Part shown: positions 12,601 to 25,745 of the stretch, piece after piece
Numbering within the stretch: the stretch's first letter is position 1
How the letters are laid out: each line of letters starts with the position of its first letter
NCBI GenBank assembly: GCA_965645245.1
Contig: OZ287077.1
Span: forward strand, 2,108,001-2,172,000
Reading direction: 5' to 3'
DNA from: Massalongia carnosa
Lineage: Eukaryota
Length of the DNA stretch: 64,000 nt
The notes under the pieces: model-generated
Seen by the model: only the letters and a program-made list of their open reading frames with translations
Told to the model about the DNA's origin: nothing
The model's database searches: none
Translations under genes and position numbers: made by a program

Positions 12601-12800
12601 TGACCAATGAAGCTGTGGTAGGTCTAATGAACCTGCGGTAGGTCTAATGAACCCGCGGTAGGTCCAATGAACCCGCGGTAGGTCCAATGAACCCGCGGTA
12701 GGTCCAATGAACCCGCGGTAGGTCCAATGAACCCGCGGTAGTTCCAATGAACCTGCGTTAGGTCCAATGAACCCGCGGTAGCTCCAATGAACCTGCGGTA
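12601..12800. repeat. 20-bp tandem repeat in the Gypsy C 3' LTR (10 units)
   Basis: GGTCCAATGAACCCGCGGTA and variants. Confidence 0.95.
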
Positions 12801-13382
12801 CGGTAGGTAGGGACAGGATAGAGGGGGCAACTAGGGATAAGGCCGAGATCCTTTTGGTTCGAAGCCGTTTCATGACAGTAGCTCCCCTCTCAAAGGCAGA
12901 GCTCCTGCGATGCAATTTTAATCACGACACCGACAACGAGGAATTTGGCACGGGGTGAGATGAGGGCCAGCCGCGTTGGGGTAAGCTTGATGATACTCGT
13001 CTAGGGCTTGCTGACAGTTGGTGATGTAGTTGAATGGTTCTGTTGAAATAGGTATATGACTATGGCTATATGGCTATGTAATAATAAAGGTATGTATGAC
13101 CGTGATGTTAAGGATGAAGAGTTGCTAGGCAGCAATCTTTTCCTATTACTGGTCACCCCCTTCTAAGCGAGGTGATCTTATCTTATCTTGGGACTAAGCC
13201 TAATGCGGCATCTACGGTTTCCATAGATGATCTGTCCATCTAGGGCAGCCGTAGGTGCTATGTTCATCGTACTGATAGGTGTTCATTGTGCTGGTAGGAA
13301 TTGGATATTCAACACCCCCCCTCAAGTCCTACCAGTACTTGTTTCCATCGTGGATTCAACCGTGGTTGAACTTCTTTACCTC

Positions 13383-16300
13383 TCATGTCTGTTTGTCCAT
13401 GTTGAGCTGTCTCATAAAGGAGAAGAACTTGACGTGCGTGAGGGTTTTTGTCAGTCCATCTGCAATCATGTCTTCGGTCGGAACATAGGTGAGGTCGATT
13501 CTTTCTTCTAGCACCTCGTTTCGTATGAAGTAGTGCTGAATGTCGATATACTTGGTCCTGGAGTGTAATACGGGGTTATTGGCCAGTGCTATGGCGCTTT
13601 GATTGTCGCCTTTCAATGCAATTGTGCCTTCTCCTCTTAACACGTTTATTGTCGGGGATCCGTCATCAGAAGTCATCAATCCGAGTTGGGTCATCAGTAA
13701 ACGTAGCCATGTTGCCTCCTTTGCTGCTAAGGTGAATGCCATATACTCTGCTTCGGTTGATGACAATGTGACGGTTGTTTGTCTTTTGGAACACCAGCTT
13801 ATTGGTCCATTGTTCAGCATGAACACATAACCTCAGTTGGATTTTCGCTGCTATTTGTCGAAGGTGATGTCTCTATTCTTGGTACCGCTAAGGTATCTGA
13901 GAATGTGTTTGGCCGCTTCCATATTTGTTTTGCCTGGATTCTTTGCATGTCGACTGATTACGGACGTTGCGAAAGCTATGTCAGGCTTGGTTTCTATCAT
14001 TGCGAACGTGATGGATCCGACCATGGTTTGATATTGCTTTATGTCCTTGTCGGAGTCCTGAAATTCATTGATGAAGAGACAGCCTTCTCGCATGGGAGTG
14101 CTTTATGGTTTTGTTGACTCGATCTCGTTCGACTTTAAGGCCTAGATAGTAGCTGATTGGTCCCATGTCTACCATCTTGAAAGCTAGCTTGAGCTGTTTC
14201 TTGACTTCGGTGATCATCGGGGAACCCTTTGGGCCTATGATGTTCAAATCGTCAACGAAAGAGGTAACAATGTGTCCTTTTATCCCTTGAGGTGTGACGA
14301 AAATGTTATGATCTGCGTGGAGTTTCTCCAATCCTAATTTGCTCAATAGAAAAGCTGACAGTCATTCATACCAGAGACGCGGAGACTGTTCAAACCGTAC
14401 AGGGCTTTGTTCAACCTACACACCATGCCAGCTGTGTCATATCCTTTCGGCATGTGGACATAGATGAGTTGATAATGAGACCGTTCAGAAAAGCTGTCAC
14501 TATATCCAGTCGCTCGATGTACAGATAGTGATGAGCAGCTAACGCGAATAGCAAGCGAAAAGCCATTGTTTGACCATAGATGCAAAGGTTTGATCGAAAT
14601 CTACTCAGTATTGTTGTAGATATCCTTTGACAACCCATCTGGCTTTAAAGCGAACGATCTTTTCATTTACGTCCCGTTTCAGCTTGAATACTCATTTGCC
14701 ACTTAAGACTATATGTCCGGGTTCCATGGACTCGGTAGGTAATGTATCCCAGGTTTTATTCTCCAGTAGATTTTTGATCTCATCCATTACCCAGACTGAC
14801 TCCATTCGTTTGCGTATTTGGAGTTCATTGCTTGATGATATGTTGAGTCGTACGTGGGTAGATCGGTCCCATCTTTGAATGTGGCGTCTTCATGAATTCG
14901 TAAGTCCTTGACCCTGATGACCTTGTAGTCTTTTTCCATAAAGACGCGATAGATGGTGCTTCTGTCATATCCACACAGGATTCCTTTCTGAGCCCTCGGA
15001 GAAAATTTAGCAGCCTTGCTGTTTATTCCTTTTCGCTCTTTTTCGTGAATTAATGCATAGACTGTAGATCCGAGAATTCTCAGGTGATCCAGCTTAGGTG
15101 ACTTCTTCTCGAAGATCTCATACGGGGTTTTACCTGCTAAGGCGTTGGTTGGTCTGATGTTCTTGGTGTGAACCATGGCTAGAACCACTTCTGCCCACAA
15201 GTAGTCTGGAATGTCTCCGGCAATGACACTGCATCTTGTCATGTCCATGATGGTTCTGCCCATTCGTTCCGCGACTCCGTTTTCCTCTTGAGTATGGAGC
15301 AGCTGTTTCAAACGTTATGCCTTGTTCCAAGGACCAAACGTCTGACTTGTGACTGCGAAGCTCCGTGCCGAAGTCAGTGCGAAAACTGCTTATGAGTTTA
15401 GCCTTTCCGGATTTGTTTTGAGCCATGCTGTAGTATGTCAACAAGTGATCAAACCATTCACTCTTCCTGTGTCCGGTATAGACATGAGTGTATCTGCTAG
15501 CATCACAGGTGAAAGTGAAGAAGTAAAGTTCTTCAAGAAGTCCTGATGGCTTGATTAGTCCCACTAGGTCAGAGTTTATCTTTTGAAAGAGCTCTGTGGC
15601 CTTCTCTTGCCGTGTTCGGTTGTATATCTTTTTGGCTTTTCCCATTTCGCATGCATGGAAAAACCAACCGTGGTTGATATCGTCATCGTACGTTATGTCT
15701 AGCGTTTTCAGATATTTTCGACACGTTGCTATGTTGAGATGACCAAGCCTTCCATGCCATGTAGTGAGTTTTGATTTGACAGATAATGACGTCCAGTCCT
15801 TGATAGGTGTCCTCGTCCACTTTGCTCAACTGCATCCTCAAATCTGGAGTGTCAATGGTCGTTGGAATGTTGGTTGAAGTATGAGATAAGTCCGCCCTTC
15901 GTTTCTAACGAGGTAGTCTTTTGTTTCTTTGCTCTTCCGGATTCGAGCGAACTTCTATGTCTTTTTAACTGTGGAAACTTCTGTAAACAGGTATCTAGCC
16001 AATGACGAGTGTTCTTTCTCTTGACACATTAAGAGAAGGTGCAGTTCCCTGATGGGGCTCGACCTCTTGAGTGAGGTGTGCTGATATGAAGTGCCTTGGT
16101 GATTTTCATGTTGACATAATAAGCAATAATGGTCTTCATTGCTTCCGACAGGTTTGTGGTTTCGTATGTTCAATCTCGTCGAAGTTGGGCTATCAATGGG
16201 GAATAGACGTCTGGTGTTACCCAGCATCATTCCCTTAAGCATAAACTCCACGGTATGCACATCCACTTTGGCCTTGTCGTCCAGTATTCCTTTAATCTTG

Positions 16301-16764
16301 TTTAAAGCGCTCTCGTAATATGCACAGTATAGACTGGTCGTCTCGAAGTCGGTCATCTTCTTGGAACTAACCTTCAGAATGATGTCGCTGATGCTCATTG
16401 GTGCTATATCTTGGAATCTATCCTTCAGGATTTTCCACATTTCTGCCGCATTCTTGTTGTCGATGAGGCTGTAATGGCACTCCGCAACTAATCCGTGAAT
16501 GATTCCTATAGCCTTGGTCATCTCGGCCTTCTGTCTATTCTTCTAGTCACGCAGATCTTTTACCAAGATGCTGACTGAAATACCTTTGGCGTCGAAGCCT
16601 GCTTGTATTAAACCTTCCTTGATGGTTTCAGCGGTGATTTCTGATTGATTCTCCAGAATGGCTCCTTCGCAGTTGTTCTTGAGCAGAATGCCTTTCGTAT
16701 AGCTTGCCCATGCCGAATATCTTTCGGCTTTCTCCAAAAGATGTGACGTATCTATGATAGACAT
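13383..16764 (-). pseudogene. Copia D gag-pol, fragmented by many stops, frameshifts and deletions
   Basis: gag (ERYSAWA, NAAEMWKILKDRF), IN (INSDLVG, RTDFGTE, ENGVAER), RT (FVDDL, YYLGL), RNase H (ISWCSKRQ, TEAEY, GDNQSAI, MIADGLTK). Confidence 0.9.
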
Positions 16765-17177
16765 AATGGGAGAATGGGGAGCAATTGAACAAGGCGAGAA
16801 ACTTAGTAGTGACTGAAAGGATCTGGATCTGTGACCTTTATGCTTGTTTGCCATGATGAGAATTTCAACTTCGGCTTTTTCAAGGGTCCAATTGCCTAGA
16901 AGCAAATTGAGCGCAGGGTTATTCCAATTTGATTTAACCGACTTTAGGCCGGTTAAATAATAAGAGGCAACTGCCGCACAATCTCATCTAGTGCCTTAAG
17001 AAGGCATAATTGCCAAAAAGAAAGGTCTTTGTGCCTTCGATCAATGAGTTTACTAAGCTCTTTGATGTCCGAGGGATTTTGTATTTTTTGCGTGTCCAGA
17101 ACTCAACCACGGGTGAAACTGACGCTTTGATGATTTTTGAACCAATGCGGCGCTCAGGGCCAGCAATATACTTTTTT

Positions 17178-18340
17178 TTGCCTTCGACCATCGAGCTTAG
17201 CGAGCTCTTCTGGTGTCCGAGGACTTCGGTGCCTTCGACCATCGAGCATAGCAAGCTCTTTTGGTGTCCGAGGACTTGAGTGCCTTCGACCATCGAGCAT
17301 AGCAAGCTCTTTTGGTGTCCGAGGACTTCGGTGCCTTCGACCATCGAGCATAGCAAGCTCTTCTGGTGTCCAAGGACCTGGGTGCCTTCGACCATCGAGC
17401 TTAGCAAGCTCTTTGGTGTCCGAGGGCTTGGGTGCCTTCGACCATCGAGCTTAGCAAGCTCTTTGGTGTCCGAGGGCTTGATTGCCTTCGACCATCGAGC
17501 TTAGCAAGCTCTTTGGTGTCCGAGGACTTAAGTGCCTTCGACCATCGAGCTTAGCAAGCTCTTCTGGTGTCCGAGGACTTAAGTGCCTTCGACCATCGAG
17601 CTTAGCAAGCTCTTCTGGTGTCCGAGGACTTGGGTGCCTTCGACCATCGAGCTTAGCAAGCTCTTCTGGTGTCCGAGGACTTGGGTGCCTTCGACCATCG
17701 AGCTTAGCAAGCTCTTCTGGTGTCCGAGGACTTGGGTGCCTTCGACCATCGAGCTTAGCAAGCTCTTCTGGTGTCCGAGGACTTAAGTGCCTTCGACCAT
17801 CGAGCTTAGCAAGCTCTTCTGGTGTCCGAGGACTTGGGTGCCTTCGACCATCGAGCTTAGCAAGCTCTTTGGTGTCCGAGGACTTGGGTGCCTTCGACCA
17901 TCGAGCTTAGCAAGCTCTTCTGGTGTCCGAGGACTTGGGTGCCTTCGACCATCGAGCTTAGCAAGCTCTTTGGTGTCCGAGGACTTGAGTGCCTTCGACC
18001 ATCGAGCATTGCAAGCTCTTTGGTGTCCGAGGACTTGATTGCCTTCGACCATCGAGCTTAGCAAGCTCTTTGGTTTCCGAGGACTTGATTGCCTTCGACC
18101 ATCGAGCTTAGCAAGCTCTTTGGTGTCCGAGGGCTTGATTGCCTTCGACCATCGGGCTTAGCAAGCTCTTTGGTGTCCGAGGACTTGATTGCCTTCGACC
18201 ATCGAGCTTAGCAAGCTCTTTGGTGTCCGAGGGCTTGATTGCCTTCGACCATCGAGCTTAGCAAGCTCTTTGGTGTCCGAGGACTTGAGTGCCTTCGACC
18301 ATCGAGCTTAGCAAGCTCTTTGGTGTCCGAGGGCTTCGGT
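17178..18340. repeat. Tandem array of 23 units of 50/51 bp in the Copia D 5' UTR
   Basis: Unit GTGCCTTCGACCATCGAGCTTAGCAAGCTCTT(C)TGGTGTCCGAGGACTTGG; one degenerate extra copy at ~17031. Confidence 0.97.
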
Positions 18341-18863
18341 GTAGTACGATCAATGTGTTCATGCTCTTTCTAATACGCAGTTTTTGTGCTTCTGACAAGA
18401 AATCGCTGTGTACAGAAGAGAGAACTGATTGATGTGATTTGAGGGATCGTTTCTAAAGACACAGAAAGATTTTAGTCATGTGTCTACGATTCATTGAATA
18501 GGAACGATGCTTAGCTGATTGCACTGCGATGCTGCGGATTAAAAGCTTCGATTCATTTAAATCGATAGCACCCTTCCGGGCTCATAACCTGTTGAAATAG
18601 GTATATGACTATGGCTATATGGCTATGTAATAATAAAGGTATGTATGACCGTGATGTTAAGGATGAAGAGTTGCTAGGCAGCAATCTTTTCCTATTACTG
18701 GTCACCCCCTTCTAAGCGAGGTGATCTTATCTTATCTTGGGACTAAGCCTAATGCGGCATCTACGGTTTCCATAGATGATCTGTCCATCTAGGGCAGCCG
18801 TAGGTGCTATGTTCATCGTACTGATAGGTGTTCATTGTGCTGGTAGGAATTGGATATTCAACA

Positions 18864-21800
18864 GGTTCCCAGGTGGAGGCGTGTCCTTCCCAGCCGACAA
18901 GATACTTCAGAAGTGGGGGTTGGAAACGTCGATCGAGTTTGGAATTCAGAATGCTATTTACATACCATTCTCGCTGGCCGTCTTCAGCAATAACGGGGTT
19001 TTGAGGCTCCGGTATTTGTCCGGGAAGCGGGTCATTGGCGTCGTGTTGCAATAGATTGACGTGAAAAACGGGATGAATTTTGACGGTATCGGGAAGTTCG
19101 ATTTGAACAATCAGTGGGTTGGAAAAAACCTTGCTGACCCGATAGGGACCGATGTTTCGATCGTCCAATTTAACTGTTGGGCGGGCGGTCTGGATGTTTC
19201 TGGTGCTTAGCCATACCATATCTCCTACGAAATAGCGGGGGCAGGGACGTCGATTAGCATTTGCGGTTGATTCATAAGATGCTTGTGCCATTAGCATTTC
19301 GTCTCGGAGATGAGTATCGATGTCCTGCATTTTGTCCACAAACTGATTGGCTGCAATCAGGTTTGCCCTTCCCTGAGCGGTCAGGTCTTGAGGTAACGGT
19401 TCCTCCGGTTCAAATCCCACACGAGGATGTTGTCCGAAGTTGGCTAGGAAGGGGGAGGCTAGAATACTAGAAGAGTCGGTGTTATTGCTAGCGAATTCGG
19501 CGCCGGGAAGCCATTGTGCCCAGTCATCTTGCATGTAGTTGACATAAACCCTAAGATAATGCTCCATAGTGGCATTAGCTCTTTCGGTTTGTCCATCAGT
19601 CTCAGGATGATAACCAGTGGAAAGTTTGGCATCGATTTTCAACCTTTTGCACATCAGTTCCCAGAAGTCGGAGATAAACTGAGAGCCGCGGTCGGAGACT
19701 AGGACATCGGGAAGGCCATGCAATTTCCAGACATTCTGATAGAAAGAATTGGCCGCTTCTTCAACTTCCATGGTTGCTGTGGGGATAAAGTGTCGCATTT
19801 TGGAAAGACGGTCTATAAACACTAAGACATAGCGATAGGTGATTCCCATAAAGGTGCTGGGAGTCAGTGGTCCTACATAATCCATGGAGACATCACGCCA
19901 TCTACGTTCTGGAGGGGGTAGCGGACGCAGCCAGCCTTGATAACGCTGACGAGATGGTTTTGATCTTTTGCAGGTGTGGCAATTCCGAATAAATCTTTTG
20001 ATGGACTGATACATACTGGGCCACCAATGTGTTCGATTTACCAATTCGTGACATTTGGAACGGCCTGGATGTCCTCCGGCGACGCTATCGTGGGCAAGTT
20101 GAATGATACGAAGTCGTAGGCGGTCTGATCGAGGCACATATTTCTTATTCCGAAAATATAGGACACCTTCTCTGTCTTCGCATTCTGCTAGCTGAATTTG
20201 ATTATGATGTCTTTCGTTATTGCGAAGAGCTTCTAGAATTCTGGGTGCGAATTGATCTCGTGCGAGGGCTTGTTCCCAAAGAAGCTGAGTGGGAATATCC
20301 TCATCTGGATTGATTGGGCCCTCGTCTAGCTGAGGTTCTTCGGGGTGAGGTTCTTCGTCATTTAGAAAGGCTGGGGCTAGAAGAATGGAAGAAAGATAGC
20401 TTTTTGCGATTTCCTCGTCTAGGTTTTCGGTTTTTAGAATAGTTTGATGCTGATATTTCCTTCGATCGTCCGTATCATCCCCTTCTTTAGGAAGATCTCC
20501 TGATCGTCGAGTCAAAGCGTCCGGTTTTCCTCCCGCTTTTCCTGGTCGGTAGACTATCTTGAAGTCAAAACGAGAAAGAAATTCACTCCACCTGGCCTGA
20601 CGACGACTGAGTTGTTTGGTCGAGGCAAAGTATTCGAGGTTTTTATGATCAGATATGACGTTAATAGGAAATGCAGATCCTTCCAATTCTGATCTCCATT
20701 CTTCGAAACATCGAACAATTGCCATTAATTCTTTGTCATATATCTCATAGTTGCATTCAGCCGGATTGTGTTTTCTGGAAAAGTAGGCGACAGGATGAAG
20801 CACTCCCTTATCATCATACTGAGAAAGAATGCCACCCGACACATAGTCGGAGGCGTCGGTTTCTACGACTATTGGACGATCCGGATCGAAATGTCTCAAT
20901 ATAACGTCAGAGGTGAAGGCTTTTTTCAAGATTTCGAAAGCGGTTTGACATTTTTCAGTCCATCGAAATTCCGTTTCCTTTTTGGTCAGATTGGTTAGGG
21001 GGCCGGCTATGTTGCTAAATCCATACACGAATCGTCTATAAAAGTTAGCAAATCCCAAAAAGCTTTGCACGTCTTTCACATTGACGGGAATTGGCCAGTT
21101 CGTGACGGTTTCCACTTTGGCTGGGTCCATCTTTATTCCCTTTGTGGTCACAATCAGCCCTAGGTATGCAATTTCGGTCACGTGAAATTTGCACTTGGTG
21201 ATATCGGCCTGCAGACCAGCGTCTCGAAGTCTGGAGAGTATTTTCTTGACGTGTGTCTCGTGTTCTAGCTCATTATCGCTGTAGATGAGAATGTCATCTA
21301 AATAGGCCGTGCATAAGTCGTCAAGATACTCGCGAAGGGTGTCATTGATAAAATGTTGAAAAGAGGCGGGTCCGTTGCACAGACCGAATGGCAGGACCAG
21401 AGACTCGAACAGGCCAAAACGAGTGCGAAATGCGGTGAGTTCTTCATCTCCTTCTTTTATTCGAAGCCTGTTGAAGGCGGCGATGATGTCTAGCTTGGTG
21501 AAAATCTTGGCTCTAGACAATCGATTTAGTGTCTCGGCGATCAGAGGTAGCGGATAGCGATTCTTTATCGTGATGGCATTTAGGCCTCGATAGTCAACAC
21601 AAAAGCGAAGTCCTCCTCCAGGCTTTTTGACGAACATTACTGGTGAGGCAGCGTGAGAGCGACTAGCTCTAATAAATCCTTTGGCTAAATTCTCATCTAG
21701 ATAGCGACGAAGCTCCTCGCTTTCATTGCGGCTCATTCCATAAAGAGCCTGACTAGGGGCCTGAGTGCCTTCTTTTAACTTGATGGCATGATCGTACGGG

Positions 21801-23110
21801 CGTTGATCGGGTAGGATGTCGGAGTTTTTCTTTGAAAAAACATCTAGGAAGTCGTGATATTGCTTGGGCAAAAAAGGAGCTGGATCGACGTTTTTTCTTT
21901 CCCGATATTCGTCTAATTCCTCCTGGGTAACGGTTGCGTGCAAGGTTAGGGCTTTATTCATTTTGAATAGGGCTAGATGGATTTCCTTTTCACTGAGACT
22001 CGACTGGGGGGACAATGGTTGATAACTTGGGTTGGGACTAGAATTGATCACTAGGCTGGGACTTTGATTGAGGGCTAGACTGGGAACTGGGCTGGGTGAG
22101 GCTTCCATTCCTAAGAAGCGATCGATTTCTTTCATCGAAAGAACAAAGATATCGTGATTTTTCTCCCGACTTAGTCGGTTGAAGGAGGCGGCTTCGATTT
22201 CGCAGACGTTTAGCTGCAGGCTAGGGATGTTTTTGCGTGCTTTGAGTAGATGTACGAAGTGAAGAAGGACTTCTATATCGAATTTTCGGAGTGAGTCCTT
22301 GCTGAATTGTCTTCTCGATACGGCTCGGTTCATCATTTGATAGGGGCTCGAGGGGGGTTTCGATTTTGGGCTCGATTTGTTTAGTTGAAGAGGTATTTTT
22401 TTTCTCTTGTTTTAGGAAAGTTTTCGACATACTGATAATTTGCATGGACGTGATGTCTTCGAAAACTTTCTTGACTGAGTTGACATCCTCAGCCTCCCTG
22501 ACTTTCTGACTTTCGACTGGGGTGAGGAATTCTTCCTCGATGGCATGAACCTTGAAAGGATGGGGGCAACAATGGGTGAGGCAGAAAGGAGAGGCAAAGG
22601 TGAGGGTATTGTTTCCAAAATCAGCTACAGCATTGTGCCGTCGAAGCCATGGGTGACCCAGGATAATTGGGTAATGTTTTAATCCGGTGACAAATAGAAA
22701 TAATCTTTCTACATGACCTTCTAGGTCCATAATAATTTCGGCCACCTTGGTGATGTTTCCGGACAGGGCTGCCTGGCCGTCAAATCCTTCAATGCGTCGA
22801 GGATATTTGAGGGGATGAAGAGGGATTTGATGAGTTGCGCAAAGTTTTCATCAATAAATGAGTAGCCAGATGCACCACAATCGACAAGGTTAAATGTTTT
22901 AATTCTGAATCTACATAAACGTAAAGTACAGGCAACTACCATGTGGCTGTCTTTGAACGTTTTATCTAATTCGAACAGGTCCAAAGCGGACGCTACGGAA
23001 AAACGAGTATTAGACCTTAGAAAAGGGGAAAATGAGTCGCCCATCAAACAAGAAGAGATGAAAACGGGAGGTTCCTGCACGCGACTAAGCGCAGGGACTA
23101 GGCTTTTTCC
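18864..23110 (-). pseudogene. pol: Gypsy C pol (PR frameshifted; RT-RNase H-IN-chromodomain open; C-terminal 40 aa at 13040-12918)
   Basis: LVDCGASG; LRFCVDYRGLN; YLDDILI; ETDASD; DYVG/SDRG/ERAN; chromodomain WYVNSIL..YLVGWEG..WEP|FNYITNCQQALDEYH. Confidence 0.92.
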
Positions 23111-24277
23111 TGATTGTTATCAGGACCCTCGGGGATGAGATCCATGGTTCGAAGGTGAGTTGATTTTTTATTGGGACAGTCAATGGCTGACTTCCCGGGA
23201 TGCTGGCGTTTGCAATAAAAACAGAGCTACCAGTCTTCGCAAATCTTCCTAACTCCCACGGTTTTTAGTGAATGGCCCTTGACTGGGGCCATAGCAGAGC
23301 TAAGATCCATCGGGTCGCCGACGGGCAGAGGTGCTGGGGGGGTGGAAGAGGAGGGGACAGAAGCAGCTCTGACTGCCGAGGGCTGATTTGTTGATTGTCC
23401 CTTTCGGGACGTTGAGGTGATGGCGGCCGAAGCATTGAGTCCCGCGGTAGTGTTGGAGGATTTAGGGGCGAGGTGACGAATTTGACGCAGGCCGCGGTCC
23501 GTCTCCAACCACATGGTGACGTGTTCATCGAAGGTAATCGGTTGTCGATTGGTACCCGGAACCCGATACATGAGGGCCGCTGACTGAGTTGAATAGTTGA
23601 CGTTTGTCTTCATAGCGTCAATCAGAGAGGCGTCCTCCATTCTCGAGCGATCCTTCTTTTGGGAGAACAGGTTATAGTATTCCTCAAAGCTCATACTGCC
23701 CTGTTTCAACGTTTCTCGGAGATATTTTCGAGCATCTTCTTGTTCGTAGGGGTTGCCACAGGCACGACGAAGAGCGAATCGCCAGTCGGAGAGGGAGGTC
23801 AGTGTGCAAAGGCCATCAACTCGATAGGAGTTCATGAGGTTGTGAGCCTTTTTTCCGATGATTAGTCGATTTTCTGCATACGCGATTTTGGATTCGTCGG
23901 AGGGATAGCGATCATTGTTTATATGCATTCGCTGAATGAGGCTTTGTTCCCAGGCGTTCAGTCGAGCTTCGTCCCCGTCGTATTCCGGAATATCTGGGAG
24001 CTTTTCTGAACGTGGTTCGGGGTTCCTGGCTAGGAGTAGCTTCATCAGGGCAGCTATCTGGGGATCCAAGGATGGGGCGAGAGCTGGGTTGAGAGTCGAG
24101 ACGGGGGGATCGGAAGCGGACGGGGATGGGGTTTTGGCAGCGGCGCGAAGCTGAGCTAATTCGTTCGACATGGCTTCCATTTCGTTCAAGAACTGTTGAG
24201 GGTTGGATTGAAGACGTTCCTGAACAGATCTCACACGCTCATCCTGATGAGGGGGGTTTTCTTCCTGAGAAGACATG
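23098..24277 (-). pseudogene. gag: Gypsy C gag, premature TAG before the zinc-knuckle-like CFYC motif
   Basis: SEKLPDIPEYDG, KIAYAENRL, DPMDLS, EDW*LCFYCKRQH. Confidence 0.85.
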
Positions 24278-24656
24278 GCTGGGTTGAAAAAGGAATGGAT
24301 GGAGAAAAGTGCTATGGAAGGCACTTTTTAAGGGATAGGTCCGACGTAATGTCAGGGGACTGGATTGGATAGTCAAGCTTTCTAATTGACTGAGTCTATA
24401 GCTACAGCTAGGCTAGATTGGCTATTCAAGACGTCGGACAAGGAGCCAGAACTTTCGAGACTCGACCCCTTCTTTTATATCTGTTCCTCACCTCCTTACC
24501 CCTTTGTTTCCTTGATCTTCGATGTCTCCTATTCATCTCCTTTTCCTAAGTTAATACGAAGACACCTAATGGGACCGGGTAATTATGGTTTCGAAGATCG
24601 GAGGCGGAGCCGTACTCGATCTAACCGCATCGAGAAAGGTTGGAACAGCGCGCACT

Positions 24657-24796
24657 GACCAATGAAGCTGTGGTAGGTCTAATGAACCTGCGGTAGGTCC
24701 AATGAACCCGCGGTAGGTCCAATGAACCCGCGGTAGTTCCAATGAACCTGCGTTAGGTCCAATGAACCTGCGCTAGCTCCAATGAACCTGCGGTAC
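24657..24796. repeat. 20-bp tandem repeat in the Gypsy C 5' LTR (7 units)
   Basis: Same unit as 12601-12800. Confidence 0.95.
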
Positions 24797-25745
24797 GATA
24801 GGTAGGGACAGGATAGAGGGGGCAACTAGGGATAAGGCCGAGATCCTTTTGGTTCGAAGCCGTTTCATGATAACTACCGATTCGCTTATGTCAGGACGTG
24901 AGTGAAACGGTTCCCTAACCTACCGGGTTGAGCCCTACAGGTTCCCCAACCCGGTAGCGGGTCAGGTCCGACTAGTCAAAACCCGACCCAACCCGACCCG
25001 TTGCGCGGCGTACTCAGCGGGAAGAGCGTGCAATTTTACAGGATTATTCTTACAAAGAATATAGTTATGAGTTAAAAGGAGACTCTGGTTGCAGGTGATC
25101 GCATTGACTATGAAGCTATCTAAGAGGAAAGAGCAGACTTTTCACCAAAGGGCAAAGCACGCTAAACCTAAAACCTTCCTAGAGAAGATTAGACTACCCG
25201 CTATCCACGTTATGAGGCAGTGAGCCCAAGCCATTATAACCATAAGCGCAACCGCCATTCAACAGTCCCCCTGCGGTGCGATACCACCTTACTCTTTCCA
25301 TTTTTGCAGTCCCAATTGACCAATGAACCGATTGAAGATGGGCTTATTTAGAGGCTTGGTTAGGCCGTCGGCAATCATCTCTCCGCTGGGTATGTGTCAT
25401 GGTGCGAATAAGGATAATCTAGGAAAGGTAGTCACAAGAAGGTTGCTAAGATTGCTAAGCGATACCCCCGACATTTAGCGTCGCGGGAGGTAGCGCATTG
25501 GGTTTAGCGGGAAGCTAACCTCATCAAGGTTAGTAAAGGGATCAAGGAGTTATAAGAAAATCTCTGCAGCAATTGCTGCTTTCTTCTTTGTGTTCGTCTT
25601 GTTTATTTAGCATAGCTATTAGCTAGCCATCAAGACCATCATCACCACCACTTGAGTAGGCCTTCTATTGCCCACCCGTTACATTACGAACACCTCCCCC
25701 ATACCTCAAGTGGTCCTTCGTCCCCAGGTCCTTCTCCCGAAAAGG

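Larger units (their letters stand above)
13041..18863 (-). mobile_element. Ty1/Copia element D, non-autonomous, identical 274-bp LTRs, TSD GGTTC
   Basis: LTRs 13041-13314 and 18590-18863; GGTTC at 13036-13040 and 18864-18868; PBS GGTTATGAGCCC; PPT GAGGGGGGG; fragmented gag/IN/RT/RNase H. Confidence 0.95.
12294..24872 (-). mobile_element. Ty3/Gypsy chromovirus C, disrupted, carrying Copia D; no matching TSD
   Basis: LTRs 12294-12877 (3'; PPT at 12878-12891) and 24350-24872 (5'); gag 24277-23098; pol to 12918; flanks AATTT and ACTAC differ. Confidence 0.93.

Noticed and set aside
12601..12800. CRISPR array or repeat-protein ORFs (12490-12915)
   Set aside because: This is a plain 20-bp tandem repeat present in both LTRs of Gypsy C.
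17178..18340. CRISPR-like array, or coding repeat ORFs
   Set aside because: The units are contiguous with no unique spacers, there are no cas genes, the context is eukaryotic, and mixed 50/51-bp units break every frame.
18761..18863. C-terminus of the 1191-aa ORF as a genuine Pol tail
   Set aside because: It is read-through into the Copia D LTR; the true tail is at 13040-12918.
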